Below are positions 47,557-59,226 of a stretch of 64,000 nucleotides of DNA, one piece after another. A program made the position numbers and the translations under genes. Source of the stretch: Bacteroidales bacterium. Lineage in GTDB: Bacteria > Bacteroidota > Bacteroidia > Bacteroidales > VadinHA17. The notes under the pieces were generated by a model. The model searched no databases. It saw nothing but the letters and a program-made list of their open reading frames with translations, and was not told the DNA's origin. The stretch is from assembly GCA_034003345.1 (NCBI GenBank), contig JAVEYS010000007.1:3593-67592 (forward strand), given 5' to 3'. The stretch's first letter is position 1, and each line of letters starts with the position of its first letter.

Positions 47557-49206
47557 ATGAACAGAAATGAATTCAACAGGTTCATTACAGGTATAAATAT
47601 TCCCGGTCCCGGTGATCTGGAGGGACTGAAGGAGTTGACAACCCTTTTCCCCTGGTTCCATTCTGCACATATGCTTCTTCTAAAGGGGCTTAAGGAAAAC
47701 GCAGATATTAGGTTTGACACACAGCTCAAGACGTCGGCACTGCTGGTGACTGACAGAGAGGTGCTCTATCACTACGTGTTTTTCTCCCCGGAGGCAGGCA
47801 TAACTATTCCTCTCTCAGTCCTTAAGGAGGATGTGCTGCCTTCATCTGAAACCAATACAGCAGAAGAAGCTTTGCCGCTGTCGCCGGTAGATGAGATCCC
47901 CGGCCAGGCTCATGAAGAAGAAAAAAAAGAGCTGCAGGATCATGGACATGAGGTAGAGGAAACTGTCTCGCCGGAGGAGCATGAGGAGAAAGCAGAGATA
48001 TTCACGGAAAAGGCAGTGGTGACTGAGGATTATTCCGGGGGAGATGCGGAGAGCGTGGATGTTATGGAACATCAGCCCGGCGCGACTGATGAACAGGTAG
48101 TTGCAGGAGAGACGCCGCAGGAGAGACCTGAGGAGACGCCGGGAGAGACACCGCAGGAGATGCCGGAAGAGACACCGCAGGCGATGCCTGAAGAGACGCT
48201 GCAGACGGTGCCGGAAGAGACACCAGGAGAGACGCCGAAGGAGGCTGGAGAAGAGACGCTGCAGGAGACGCCGGAAGAGACACCGCAGGAGATGCCGGAA
48301 GAGACACCGCAGGAGATGCCGGAAGAGACGCTGCAGACGGTGCCGGAAGAGACACCAGGAGAGACGCCGAAGGAGGCTGGAGAAGAGATGCTGCAGGAGA
48401 CGCCGGAAGAGACACCGCAGGCGATGCCTGAAGAGACACGGCAGGAGACTCTGGAGGAAACAGAAGAGAAGACACTTGAAGCTATACAGGAGGGAGAATC
48501 GCGGGAGATTGCCCCCGAACAGGCACCTGAGAAAATATCAGAGGAGGTGAATGATGTATCCGCCGGGGAGATTGCCGGGGAGACTACAGTGATGGAACAG
48601 GAGGTGCGCTCCGTAGATATGCCGGAGCAAACAGCTCAGAAGTCGCCTGAGACAGTAACCGGAGCAGATACATCACTTCGTACAAGGGAAGATTTAATTG
48701 CCGAGATCGAAGCCCGTCTCAGGGAGCTTGAGTCTGAGCCCCAGCCCGAGGAAGAAATGCAATATGAGCCTCATTCTGAACCCGAGGAAGGAATGCAGTA
48801 TGACCCGCAGCCCGAATCTGAGGAAGAAATACAGCATGAGCCGGAGACCGGTACTGAACCTGTACCTGTTACCGGGGAGCTGTTGGAGCTTCTTCCTGAC
48901 GAGCCGGCAGATGAAGAGAACCAGGTCAGTCAGCTGACTCCTAACGATCTTATTGACAGGTTCATAAGGGTCAGCCCGACAATTGGGAGGATGACTGCCG
49001 GAGAATACCAGCCCGCGAAAGACCTTGCGGAAGATAGCACCGACGAGCAGGGCTCATTCATAACCGAAACACTGGCAAATATTTATATCAACCAGGGCTA
49101 TTATACAAAGGCAATAAATATTTATGAAAAGCTCTCATTGCAATTTCCGGAAAAAAGTACTTACTTTGCGAGCCGTATTGAAAAGATCAGAGATTTAATT
49201 AAATAA
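47557..49206 (+). CDS. hypothetical protein with an acidic E/T/P-rich tandem-repeat core and a TPR-like C-terminus
   Basis: 549 aa. EETPQEMP-type 8-aa repeats are organised in a 132-nt higher-order duplication. C-terminal YINQGYYTKAINIYEKLSLQFPEKSTYFASRIEKI is TPR-like. Confidence 0.6.
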   Translation: MNRNEFNRFITGINIPGPGDLEGLKELTTLFPWFHSAHMLLLKGLKENADIRFDTQLKTSALLVTDREVLYHYVFFSPEAGITIPLSVLKEDVLPSSETNTAEEALPLSPVDEIPGQAHEEEKKELQDHGHEVEETVSPEEHEEKAEIFTEKAVVTEDYSGGDAESVDVMEHQPGATDEQVVAGETPQERPEETPGETPQEMPEETPQAMPEETLQTVPEETPGETPKEAGEETLQETPEETPQEMPEETPQEMPEETLQTVPEETPGETPKEAGEEMLQETPEETPQAMPEETRQETLEETEEKTLEAIQEGESREIAPEQAPEKISEEVNDVSAGEIAGETTVMEQEVRSVDMPEQTAQKSPETVTGADTSLRTREDLIAEIEARLRELESEPQPEEEMQYEPHSEPEEGMQYDPQPESEEEIQHEPETGTEPVPVTGELLELLPDEPADEENQVSQLTPNDLIDRFIRVSPTIGRMTAGEYQPAKDLAEDSTDEQGSFITETLANIYINQGYYTKAINIYEKLSLQFPEKSTYFASRIEKIRDLIK

Positions 49207-49213
49207 TACTACA

Positions 49214-49564
49214 ATGGGCATCTATATTTTCATATCAATCCTGGTTATCATTGCATGTGTGCTGGTAATAATGGTTGTACTGGTTCAGAACTCCAAGGGA
49301 GGTGGTCTTGCTGCCAACTTCACCTCAGCCGGACAGTCAATGGGCGTACGCAAAACAGCCGATTTCCTTGAGAAGTCGACATGGGGCCTCGCGGCTGCAA
49401 TTATTATTCTCTCTCTGGCAGCAACTGCCTCTATACCCAGAGGCCAGGTTCAGAAGGAATCTGTCATCAAGTCCTCAATCGAAAGAGCCCAGGACCCGAC
49501 AGCAATACCTGTACTGCCTACCCAGACACCTGTCGAAGAGCAGCCTGACGGAGGTAACGAATAG
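49214..49564 (+). CDS. secG: preprotein translocase subunit SecG
   Basis: 116 aa. Two TM helices, QNSKGGGL motif. Confidence 0.85.
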   Translation: MGIYIFISILVIIACVLVIMVVLVQNSKGGGLAANFTSAGQSMGVRKTADFLEKSTWGLAAAIIILSLAATASIPRGQVQKESVIKSSIERAQDPTAIPVLPTQTPVEEQPDGGNE

Positions 49565-49590
49565 CAATAGTGACATCATGAAGATACTGA

Positions 49591-49622
49591 AGTGTCAGTT
49601 TGTCATGAACTGACACTTTTTT
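49591..49622 (+). terminator. rho-independent terminator after secG
   Basis: AGTGTCAGTT/AACTGACACT 10-bp stem followed by a T-run. Confidence 0.8.
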
Positions 49623-49699
49623 ATTGCCACTTATCATTTGGCACAGATTGTGAAGTTCTGAAGCAGAAAAAATATCGTTTAACTATAAAACAAATTAAG

Positions 49700-49978
49700 A
49701 TGGCACAATTAAAAGGAAAAGTGTTGGCAGGTAAGGTTCTCATCAAGCCCCAGGAGGCTGAAGAGAAGACCGCCAGCGGCATCATTATCCCCGATTCAGC
49801 AAAAGAGAAACCACGAGCAGGCACAGTCATTCTTGTTGGTGCTGCTAAGAAAGATGAAGAGATGGAACTTAAAAAGGGAGATGTTGTCCTTTATGGAAAA
49901 TACTCCGGTCAGGAACTGAATATTGACGGCACAGACTATCTCCTTCTCTCACAGTCTGATGTTCTCTATATTTCATAA
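49700..49978 (+). CDS. groES: co-chaperonin GroES
   Basis: The ORF-track start at 49592 overlaps the secG terminator. ATG 49700 gives the 92-aa MAQLKGKVLAGKVLIKPQEAEEKTASGIIIPDSAKEKP... Confidence 0.95.
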   Translation: MAQLKGKVLAGKVLIKPQEAEEKTASGIIIPDSAKEKPRAGTVILVGAAKKDEEMELKKGDVVLYGKYSGQELNIDGTDYLLLSQSDVLYIS

Positions 49979-49987
49979 TAATCTTAA

Positions 49988-51634
<1,647 letters not shown>

Positions 51635-51653
51635 AAGCATATTGACTGAATGA

Positions 51654-51694
51654 AAGGGAGCTGCTCCGGTGACGGGGCAGCTCCCTTTGTTTTA
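51654..51694 (+). terminator. rho-independent terminator after groEL
   Basis: 11-bp stem AAGGGAGCTGC/GCAGCTCCCTT followed by TGTTTTA. Confidence 0.75.
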
Positions 51695-51827
51695 TTGTCA
51701 TACCGTGCGTCATTACCTTTACAGCAAATCTCTATCCCCTCTCCAAAGGGTCAGGTTCTGATACTTTTACTGATAATGTAAGATATTTTCAACATTTACT
51801 CTCATATTTGCTGAATCAACTGAAGTT

Positions 51828-53228
51828 ATGGCTGACCAGAAACAGGTATACGATCTTGAGCACAAGAATATAGGGAAGCTGATGTTGAAGTATTTTCTTC
51901 CCGCCTTTGCCAGTATGATGGCAAATGCTCTCTATAACATCGTTGACCGGATCTATATAGGACAGGGAGTAGACGCACTGGCACTTTCAGGACTCAGTGT
52001 TGTATTCCCCCTGATGATAGTCATCATGGCGTTCGGCATGCTGGTGGGAATGGGATCAGCAGTCCGTGTCTCGCTTAGCCTTGGCGAGAGGGATATTGAC
52101 AGGGCAAACAGGATACTCGGCAATGCCCTTTTCCTGTGTGTTGTCATAGGTCTTTCCCTGATGATCACCGGGTTCCTGGTCCGCGACAAGATTTTGCTGA
52201 TCTTTGGAGCCGGCCCGGAAACGCTTCAGTATGCTTCGGACTATTTTGATATCATACTGGCAGGGGTACCCTTTGCCATGACAGGCTATGCACTCAATAA
52301 CATTATCAGGGCTGAAGGGAATCCGCGAATAGCAATGTTCTCTATCTTCATCAGCGCCGGCTTAAATATAATACTTGACCCGATATTTATCTTTGCCCTG
52401 GGTATGGGTGTGAAAGGAGCAGCCCTGGCAACAATCATTTCACAGTTCGTCCTGCTGATATGGGTCCTGTTACACTTCCGTAGCAAGAGAAGCGTTACAA
52501 GGCTCTTACTGCCTAATATATACCCTGACCCTTATATCATTAAGTATATCATTTCCATAGGCTTTGCTCCTTTTGCTATGAATGTGGCATCGAGCGTTAT
52601 AATGGCCGTGATGAATACCCAGTTCATAAAATATGGAGGTGACATCTCCGTAGCTGCCCTTGGTATTGTCAACAGCGCTACTATGATGTTTGTTATTACC
52701 ATTATATCGATAAATATGGCTATCCAGCCAATAATTGGATTCAACTATGGCGCAGGGTACTTTTGCAGGGTAAAAGAGGCAGTGATGAAAGCCATAAAGT
52801 ATGCCACTATGGTGGCCACCGGGGGGTGGCTGATCTGTATGTTGTTCCCTGGTGTGGTGATAAGTATATTCAACTCTGATAATATGGAACTCAGGACTGC
52901 GGGTGTGCTGGGACTTCGTATCTATACCGCCGTATTGCCTGTGGTCGGTTTCCAGATAATTGCATCAAATTACTTTCAGGCTATCGGGAAAGCCAGGATG
53001 GCGACATTCCTCTCGCTGTTAAGGCAGATAATTGTTCTGCTGCCGCTGGTGATTATCCTTCCCGGTTTCTGGGGCACAGAGGGTGTATGGATAGCTAACC
53101 CGATATCAGATATAGTAGCTGCTGTAGTCTCATTCATCTTTTTCCGCAGAGAGTTGAATAAGCTTGAATGTGATATGCCCGTTGAAGGCAGAAACGAATC
53201 TGTGAGGCTTCCTGACGGTGGGAGCTAA
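51828..53228 (+). CDS. MATE family efflux transporter
   Basis: 466 aa, about 12 TM segments. N-terminal LPAFASMMANALYNIVDRIYIGQ is typical of MATE/NorM-like proteins. Confidence 0.85.
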   Translation: MADQKQVYDLEHKNIGKLMLKYFLPAFASMMANALYNIVDRIYIGQGVDALALSGLSVVFPLMIVIMAFGMLVGMGSAVRVSLSLGERDIDRANRILGNALFLCVVIGLSLMITGFLVRDKILLIFGAGPETLQYASDYFDIILAGVPFAMTGYALNNIIRAEGNPRIAMFSIFISAGLNIILDPIFIFALGMGVKGAALATIISQFVLLIWVLLHFRSKRSVTRLLLPNIYPDPYIIKYIISIGFAPFAMNVASSVIMAVMNTQFIKYGGDISVAALGIVNSATMMFVITIISINMAIQPIIGFNYGAGYFCRVKEAVMKAIKYATMVATGGWLICMLFPGVVISIFNSDNMELRTAGVLGLRIYTAVLPVVGFQIIASNYFQAIGKARMATFLSLLRQIIVLLPLVIILPGFWGTEGVWIANPISDIVAAVVSFIFFRRELNKLECDMPVEGRNESVRLPDGGS

Positions 53229-54703
53229 TGATCCTTCTCTCTCTTTTTTCTAAGTGCTGAAAGGAATAGTGCCAGCACCACAACGGCACCTGCCACTCCT
53301 GAGATGAGGGAACTCTTCATTGGCAGAGCAAGACCACCGCCCGAATGAGGCGCCGCCAGTATGTAGGTGATACATACAACCGTCAGGAAGAATGCAGGCA
53401 GTGACATCATCAGGTGGCTTTTACCCTTCATTGCCAGGTACATCGCAATGGTCCAGCAGGTAATAGCTGCCAGGGCCTGGTTGGAAATACCCACGAATTT
53501 CCAGATTCGCGCAAATTCATCTCTCATCACAAATGTAAGGATGAAGGCAATGATAAATACCGGTATTATTATCATCAGTCGTGACGAGACCTTCTTCTGT
53601 GGTATCCTGAGCATGTCGGCTATTGTCAGTCTGGCGCTCCTGAAGGCGGTGTCACCGGATGTTATAGGGCAGGCAACGACCCCGATCACCGCAATGACTG
53701 CTCCGGTTTTGCCAAGCCATGACCTGCAGATCTCATTTACCAGCCAGGCTGGATCAGGCTTGATGGCTGGGTTGTCAGCCAGGGGATGAGTAAACGCATA
53801 GTTTAATCCATGAACATCACCCATGTAATTCATGGCGGCTGTTGCCCATATTATTGCCACAATTCCTTCTGCTATCATGGCTCCGTAGAAGATCTGCCTT
53901 CCCTGTCTCTCAGACCGGATACACCTTGCCATGAGAGGCGACTGTGTAGCATGAAAGCCTGAGATGGCACCACAGGAGACCACGATGAACAGGAAGGGGA
54001 AGATGGTATTGGTGGCTGCGTCAGGTTGAAAATTGATCAGCGTGGCAGGTGACAGCTCCATTACGGTGAGTGACCCTCCCGCCCATTTGACAATGATGCT
54101 TGCAAAGACACCCAGGGCCATGAAGATTAGCGCCCCGCCAAAGAATGGGTACAGAGAGCCGATTATCTTGTCTATCGGAAGCAGTGTGGCCAGTATATAA
54201 TAGAGAAAAATTAATCCCAGCCAGAATGGAAGGCTGAATCCTGACATTGTATAGAGTAGCTTGGCAGGCCCGCTCACAAAGGCAACGCCCACGAATAAGA
54301 GAAGGAAGAGGGTAAATACCCTGAGGAACATCCTCATGTTTTTTCCCAGATAGATGCCTACCAGTTCAGGCAGACTGGCCCCGCCATGGCGCACTGAAAG
54401 CATGCCTCCGAAGTAGTCATGTGTGGCCCCCATGAAGATGCATCCAATCACGATCCATATGTAAACCACAGGGCCGTACATAGCTCCCAGAATGGCGCCG
54501 AAGATAGGCCCTAAGCCGGCAATATTTAAAAACTGGATCATAAATACACGCCACCCTTTCATGGGGATGTAATCAATGCCGTCATTTTTTGTGAATGCAG
54601 GAGTAGGGCGCTCAGGGTCCATCCCGAAGAATCTTTCAGCCACCTTTCCGTAGACAAGATAGCCAATGATCAGTAACGTGACTGATACAGCCAGGGTTAT
54701 CAT
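53225..54703 (-). CDS. cstA: carbon starvation protein A (peptide/pyruvate transporter family)
   Basis: Polytopic membrane protein with CstA-like sequence. The ORF-track start at 54913 overlaps the lepA start and promoter. It was trimmed to ATG 54703 (MITLAVSVTLLIIGYLVYGKVAERFFG). Confidence 0.8.
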   Translation of the reverse strand: MITLAVSVTLLIIGYLVYGKVAERFFGMDPERPTPAFTKNDGIDYIPMKGWRVFMIQFLNIAGLGPIFGAILGAMYGPVVYIWIVIGCIFMGATHDYFGGMLSVRHGGASLPELVGIYLGKNMRMFLRVFTLFLLLFVGVAFVSGPAKLLYTMSGFSLPFWLGLIFLYYILATLLPIDKIIGSLYPFFGGALIFMALGVFASIIVKWAGGSLTVMELSPATLINFQPDAATNTIFPFLFIVVSCGAISGFHATQSPLMARCIRSERQGRQIFYGAMIAEGIVAIIWATAAMNYMGDVHGLNYAFTHPLADNPAIKPDPAWLVNEICRSWLGKTGAVIAVIGVVACPITSGDTAFRSARLTIADMLRIPQKKVSSRLMIIIPVFIIAFILTFVMRDEFARIWKFVGISNQALAAITCWTIAMYLAMKGKSHLMMSLPAFFLTVVCITYILAAPHSGGGLALPMKSSLISGVAGAVVVLALFLSALRKKREKDH

Positions 54704-54793
54704 CTGTTCCCGTTTAAGTAATCGACTAAAATAGAGAAAAAGGGTAAGAGAATCCATGACAAATGATGTCAATAAAGAAAGGGCCAAATTGTA

Positions 54794-54801
54794 TATATTT
54801 G
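54794..54801 (+). promoter_or_regulatory. Bacteroidota -7 promoter box for lepA
   Basis: TATATTTG lies 28 nt upstream of the lepA ATG. Confidence 0.5.
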
Positions 54802-54828
54802 CACCTGAACTGAACCGGTCCCAAGGTA

Positions 54829-56616
54829 ATGGACAACATACGTAACTTCTGCATAATAGCACATATTGATCATGGCAAGAGCACACTTGCCGACAGGCTT
54901 CTTGAAATGACACGGACTGTTGATGCCCGCGAGTTTCAGGACCAGGTTCTCGATGACATGGATCTTGAGAGGGAGAGAGGTATCACTATTAAGAGCCATG
55001 CCATACAGATGATCTATGAGCATTCAGGCAGGATTTATTACCTTAATCTGATTGACACTCCGGGTCATGTTGACTTCTCGTATGAGGTGTCGCGCTCCAT
55101 TGCAGCCTGTGAGGGTGCACTGCTCGTTGTTGATGCCACACAGGGCATACAGGCCCAGACGATATCTAATCTTTACATGGCGATAGAGCATGGCCTGGAG
55201 ATTATCCCTGTATTGAACAAGATGGATTCGCCCAGTGCTATGCCTGAAGAGGTCAAAGACCAGATTGTTGATCTCACAGGATGCAGCCGCGACGACATTA
55301 TTGAAGCTAGTGCCCGCACTGGTATGGGTGTTGACCGCATTATGGAGGAGATCATTACCAAAATACCTGCACCTCAGGGAGACCCTGATGCACCACTGCA
55401 AGCCCTTATATTCGATTCGGTCTTTAACGCCTTCAGGGGAATTATCGCCTATTTCAAAATATCCAACGGAACAATCCGGACACATGATATGGTGAAGTTC
55501 GTAAATACCGGCAGTGAGTATGACGCTGATGAGATCGGTGTCCTGAAACTTAAGAGGGAGCCACGCAAAGTGCTCAGCGCAGGTGATGTGGGATATATCA
55601 TTTCAGGAATAAAGGTATCAGCAGAGGTTAAGGTGGGTGACACTATCACCCATGTTGCACGTCCCTGCACCTCCGCTATCGCGGGGTATGCAGAGGTGAA
55701 ACCAATGGTTTTCGCAGGCATATACCCTGTTGACGCCGATGATTACGAGGATCTGCGTGCCTCTATTGAGAAGCTGCAACTCAATGATGCCTCGCTGACG
55801 TTTGTGCCTGAGTCGTCCGCTGCACTTGGTTTCGGCTTCCGTTGCGGTTTCCTCGGGCTGCTTCATATGGAGATAATACAGGAACGCCTCGACAGAGAGT
55901 TCGATATGGATGTTATTACTACCGTGCCTAACGTATCATTCAGGGTTCTGACAACAAAAGGAGAGATAATTGATGTGCATAATCCTTCAGGTATGCCTCC
56001 TGCAACCACAATAGATGAGATAGAAGAGCCTTACATATATGCTCAGGTGATATCCAAATCAGAATACCTGGGCTCGATTCTTAAACTGTGTATTGACAAG
56101 CGCGGGACACTGAAGAATCAGGTATACCTTACCAGCGACAGGGTGGAGGTGACCTTTGACATGCCCCTGGCAGAGATAGTATTCGACTTCTATGACAAAC
56201 TGAAGAGCATTTCAAAGGGATATGCCTCATTCGACTATCATATAACAGACTATAAGAAGGCTGACCTCGTCAGGCTTGATATACTGCTTAACGGCGAGAT
56301 GGTTGATGCTCTCTCTACGCTTATATACCGGGGGCATGCCTATGACTTCGGCCGCAGGATGTGCGAGAAGCTCCGTGAGCTTATACCCAGACAACAGTTT
56401 GATATTGCTATACAGGCAGCTATAGGTGCAAAGATCATCGCCCGCGAGACAGTCAAGGCTGTGCGCAAGGATGTTACGGCAAAATGCTATGGCGGTGATA
56501 TCACCCGAAAAAGGAAACTTCTTGAGAAACAGAAAAAAGGCAAGAAGAGGATGCGTCAGATAGGCAACGTGGAGGTCCCGCAGCAGGCTTTCCTGGCAAT
56601 ACTGAAGCTTGACTGA
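54829..56616 (+). CDS. lepA: translation elongation factor 4 (LepA)
   Basis: 595 aa. [32 protein letters not shown] and the LepA C-terminal domain. Confidence 0.97.
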   Translation: MDNIRNFCIIAHIDHGKSTLADRLLEMTRTVDAREFQDQVLDDMDLERERGITIKSHAIQMIYEHSGRIYYLNLIDTPGHVDFSYEVSRSIAACEGALLVVDATQGIQAQTISNLYMAIEHGLEIIPVLNKMDSPSAMPEEVKDQIVDLTGCSRDDIIEASARTGMGVDRIMEEIITKIPAPQGDPDAPLQALIFDSVFNAFRGIIAYFKISNGTIRTHDMVKFVNTGSEYDADEIGVLKLKREPRKVLSAGDVGYIISGIKVSAEVKVGDTITHVARPCTSAIAGYAEVKPMVFAGIYPVDADDYEDLRASIEKLQLNDASLTFVPESSAALGFGFRCGFLGLLHMEIIQERLDREFDMDVITTVPNVSFRVLTTKGEIIDVHNPSGMPPATTIDEIEEPYIYAQVISKSEYLGSILKLCIDKRGTLKNQVYLTSDRVEVTFDMPLAEIVFDFYDKLKSISKGYASFDYHITDYKKADLVRLDILLNGEMVDALSTLIYRGHAYDFGRRMCEKLRELIPRQQFDIAIQAAIGAKIIARETVKAVRKDVTAKCYGGDITRKRKLLEKQKKGKKRMRQIGNVEVPQQAFLAILKLD

Positions 56617-56729
56617 AAAAAAACGCTGAGGTGTTTGGAATGGAGAAATAATGTTAACTTAGCACTTCTTTAGGGTTGGATAGAAAGAATTAGCTACTTG
56701 TTATAAGACCCTGAAACTAACCTAAACTC

Positions 56730-56767
56730 ATGCCCCGTACGGGAAATCCAGTACGGGGCATTTTTTT
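56730..56767 (+). terminator. rho-independent terminator after the lepA 3'UTR
   Basis: 11-bp stem ATGCCCCGTAC/GTACGGGGCAT with a 10-nt loop, followed by T7. Its tail overlaps the stop codon of the convergent response-regulator gene. Confidence 0.85.
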
Positions 56768-57452
56768 AGCATAAGAGCTTGTATCCCTTTCCATGAATGT
56801 TCAGAATCTCCACCTTATCATCTCCGCTGAGATACTTGCGGAGCTTGGTGATATAGACGTCCATGCTTCTGGCGTTGAAGTAATTGTCATCAATCCATAT
56901 TGTTTTGAGAGCATAGTTGCGTTCCAGCACCTCGTTCCTGTGTCGGCAGAGCAGCTCAAGCAGTTCCGACTCCTTGGTGGTGAGCTTCCGCGACTGGTTC
57001 AGGCAGGTTAGGAGCTGTTTTGCAGCGCTAAAAGTGAACTTGCCAATAGTGTACATCTCCACCGGCATTTCGGAAGTTCTCTTTGTCGATCGCCTCAATA
57101 TAGCTTCAATTCTGTATATCAACTCTTCCATTGAGAAAGGTTTGGTAAGATAGTCGTCAGCCCCGGACTTGAACCCTTCAATGACATCCTCCTTGAGGTT
57201 TTTCGCCGTCAGGAATATGACAGGTATGTGAGGATCAATAGCCCTTATCTTCCTTGCCAGCGTGAAACCATCCATCTCCGGCATCATCACGTCAAGCAGA
57301 CAGAGATTGAACTTCTCTTTCCTGAAAAGCTTCATGGCTTGTGCTCCGTCAGGAACAAGAGTGGTCTCATATTCTTTTGCAGTGAGGTAATTCTTCAACA
57401 GTGGTCCCAGGTTGCGGTCGTCTTCTGCAAGTAAGATGGTTACCTTTTTCAT
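56766..57452 (-). CDS. OmpR/PhoB-family response regulator (RprY-like)
   Basis: 228 aa. Receiver domain (LLAEDD...DVMMPEMDG...LTAK) and a winged-helix output domain. Confidence 0.9.
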   Translation of the reverse strand: MKKVTILLAEDDRNLGPLLKNYLTAKEYETTLVPDGAQAMKLFRKEKFNLCLLDVMMPEMDGFTLARKIRAIDPHIPVIFLTAKNLKEDVIEGFKSGADDYLTKPFSMEELIYRIEAILRRSTKRTSEMPVEMYTIGKFTFSAAKQLLTCLNQSRKLTTKESELLELLCRHRNEVLERNYALKTIWIDDNYFNARSMDVYITKLRKYLSGDDKVEILNIHGKGYKLLC

Positions 57453-58987
57453 TTTGGCTGTTCTTTTGGGAGGTGAATGATTATCCTGGTTCCTTTACCA
57501 ATCTGGCTCTCTACTTTAATGTTGCCGTGGTGCTCTTCAATAATCTTGCTGACATAGCTCAGTCCGAGACCAAATCCTTTTATGTTATGAGTATTGCCTG
57601 CCGGCACGCGGTAAAATTTCTCAAAGATATGTTTAAGATGTTCCCTGGGGATACCCATACCGTTGTCTGACACTGTGATGGTGATACCTTTGTGGTATCC
57701 CGTCGTGGTGACAGTTATTTCCGGAGTGCGGGTAGTGTATTTGAGAGCATTGTCAAGCAGGTTGATAAGTACGTTGAAGAAATTATTCTCGTCAATTGTC
57801 ACCATGGGATCAGAGGCGTCAAGGAAAGTGGATATTGTGCCGCCACGTCCGTTTACCTGGAGCTTAAAGGCATCCACAGCTTTGATAATTATGGTATGGA
57901 CGTCACTCTTTTTCTTGTCAAGCTCAAGCCTGACTGTTTCGAAGATGGCGGTCTGCAGTACTCTTTCAACAAGCACCCTCAGCCTGTTGCTCTCCTCACT
58001 GATGACTGAGGTGAGCTCAGGTGTATTCCTTGATCCGTCCGGTATGGTGTCATCGGCCAGCATCTGTGCCGCCAGGGAAATAGTTGCTATTGGGGTCTTC
58101 AGTTCGTGAGTAATGTTGTTGATGAAATCGCTCCTTATCTCCGATAGCCTCTTTTGCCGGAAGATGACAATGAAGGTTCCTGTTGAGAGAATGATAAGAA
58201 GCAGTACTATCAACATGGATGCGATGGCCATGAATGCTATCTGGCTGAACTTGTATTCCTCTTCCTCCGGGAAGTAAATTGTGAGGATATTGTTTCCGGG
58301 AACAGGGTCATTAGGGAATAGTTGTCTGAGATACTTGTTGGCACCGCTACTTTCACTATAGTCAGGCGTCCGGTAGATTATGTCACCGTAATCGCCTCGT
58401 ATAGCGCATTCGTAACCGAGATGGATGCCGACGGCATCCAGCGCCTCCCTTACTGTGGCGTTCATCTCCTCTGAGGTGAAACGGTCTCTCAGAGGTGGCG
58501 TCTCATGCAGTATGCGGCTGACGATGTTCTCTATTGAAACGATCTTGTTTGTCATTCGTGTTGTGGCCCCAACGGAAAGTAATTGTTCTTCCGGCTCAGT
58601 GTTCTCTAAGAAGGTTGAAGATTGCAGACTCTCGGAATTGAGAAGATATGTACGTCCGGCTCTGTTAATTATCACTGACCTGACATCCGGATCAAAGCCG
58701 TACTTCTCAAGCAGCTTGGCCTCTGCCGATTCTTGTATGGAGAGATCATCATTATTTTCGATGCCAGAGGGTTCAGGTAAGGGATTGACTTCACTGATGA
58801 TGCGATTATATGTTTCAGTACTTTCAAGATCCGACACCACCTCCTTTAGGGCTTCGTTGACACTGAATCTGAATCGTTGGTCTTCTGCACGGACAACATT
58901 ATTGATCCATCTGACCTGTATGATCACAAGAGCTGAGATGGCCAGAAAGAAAAAGACGGCCAGAAGAACTATATAGGCACGCTTCAT
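57449..58987 (-). CDS. sensor histidine kinase (RprX-like)
   Basis: 512 aa with two TM segments. H-box FINNITHELKTPI. N, G1 and G2 boxes (NLLDNALKY, DNGMGI, GFGLGL). 4-nt overlap with the response-regulator gene. Confidence 0.9.
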   Translation of the reverse strand: MKRAYIVLLAVFFFLAISALVIIQVRWINNVVRAEDQRFRFSVNEALKEVVSDLESTETYNRIISEVNPLPEPSGIENNDDLSIQESAEAKLLEKYGFDPDVRSVIINRAGRTYLLNSESLQSSTFLENTEPEEQLLSVGATTRMTNKIVSIENIVSRILHETPPLRDRFTSEEMNATVREALDAVGIHLGYECAIRGDYGDIIYRTPDYSESSGANKYLRQLFPNDPVPGNNILTIYFPEEEEYKFSQIAFMAIASMLIVLLLIILSTGTFIVIFRQKRLSEIRSDFINNITHELKTPIATISLAAQMLADDTIPDGSRNTPELTSVISEESNRLRVLVERVLQTAIFETVRLELDKKKSDVHTIIIKAVDAFKLQVNGRGGTISTFLDASDPMVTIDENNFFNVLINLLDNALKYTTRTPEITVTTTGYHKGITITVSDNGMGIPREHLKHIFEKFYRVPAGNTHNIKGFGLGLSYVSKIIEEHHGNIKVESQIGKGTRIIIHLPKEQPK

Positions 58988-59155
58988 GTTATAACAAAAG
59001 TAATCTGTTAAAATCGTAATACATACGTTTAACGAATTTTAACAACATAATCAATTATTTTCAGAAATGAAAAAGAAAAAAAATGTTAAATATCAATAAA
59101 TTAACATATCATTAAGATAGTGGTTCGAAAACTATACTGATATTTGCATCAGTTA

Positions 59156-59170
59156 TGGCACGAGAATTGT
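59156..59170 (+). promoter_or_regulatory. sigma-54-type -24/-12 promoter candidate
   Basis: TGGCACG-AGAA-TTGT compared with consensus TGGCACG-N4-TTGC: exact -24 element and spacing, with a C-to-T change at -12. It lies in an intergenic region about 12 nt upstream of a terminator-bounded ~80-nt segment. Confidence 0.4.
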
Positions 59171-59226
59171 TATAACAATATTGGAGTTTTTTTCATAGGT
59201 TAGGTTAGTTTTAGGGTTAACACTGA

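Noticed and set aside
49639-49655. Sigma-54-like TGGCAC motif upstream of groES (TGGCACAGATTGTGAA).
   Set aside because: The spacing to the TTG element is wrong: N3 or N4 to TTGT/TGTG instead of TGGCAC-N5-TTGC. The GG-N10-GC rule gives GA. Probably a chance hexamer.
54704-54913. 70-codon N-terminal extension of cstA in the ORF track.
   Set aside because: The extension overlaps the divergent lepA start codon and its TATATTTG promoter and is Cys-rich and non-membrane-like. MITLAVSVTLLIIGYLVYGK is a typical CstA N-terminus.
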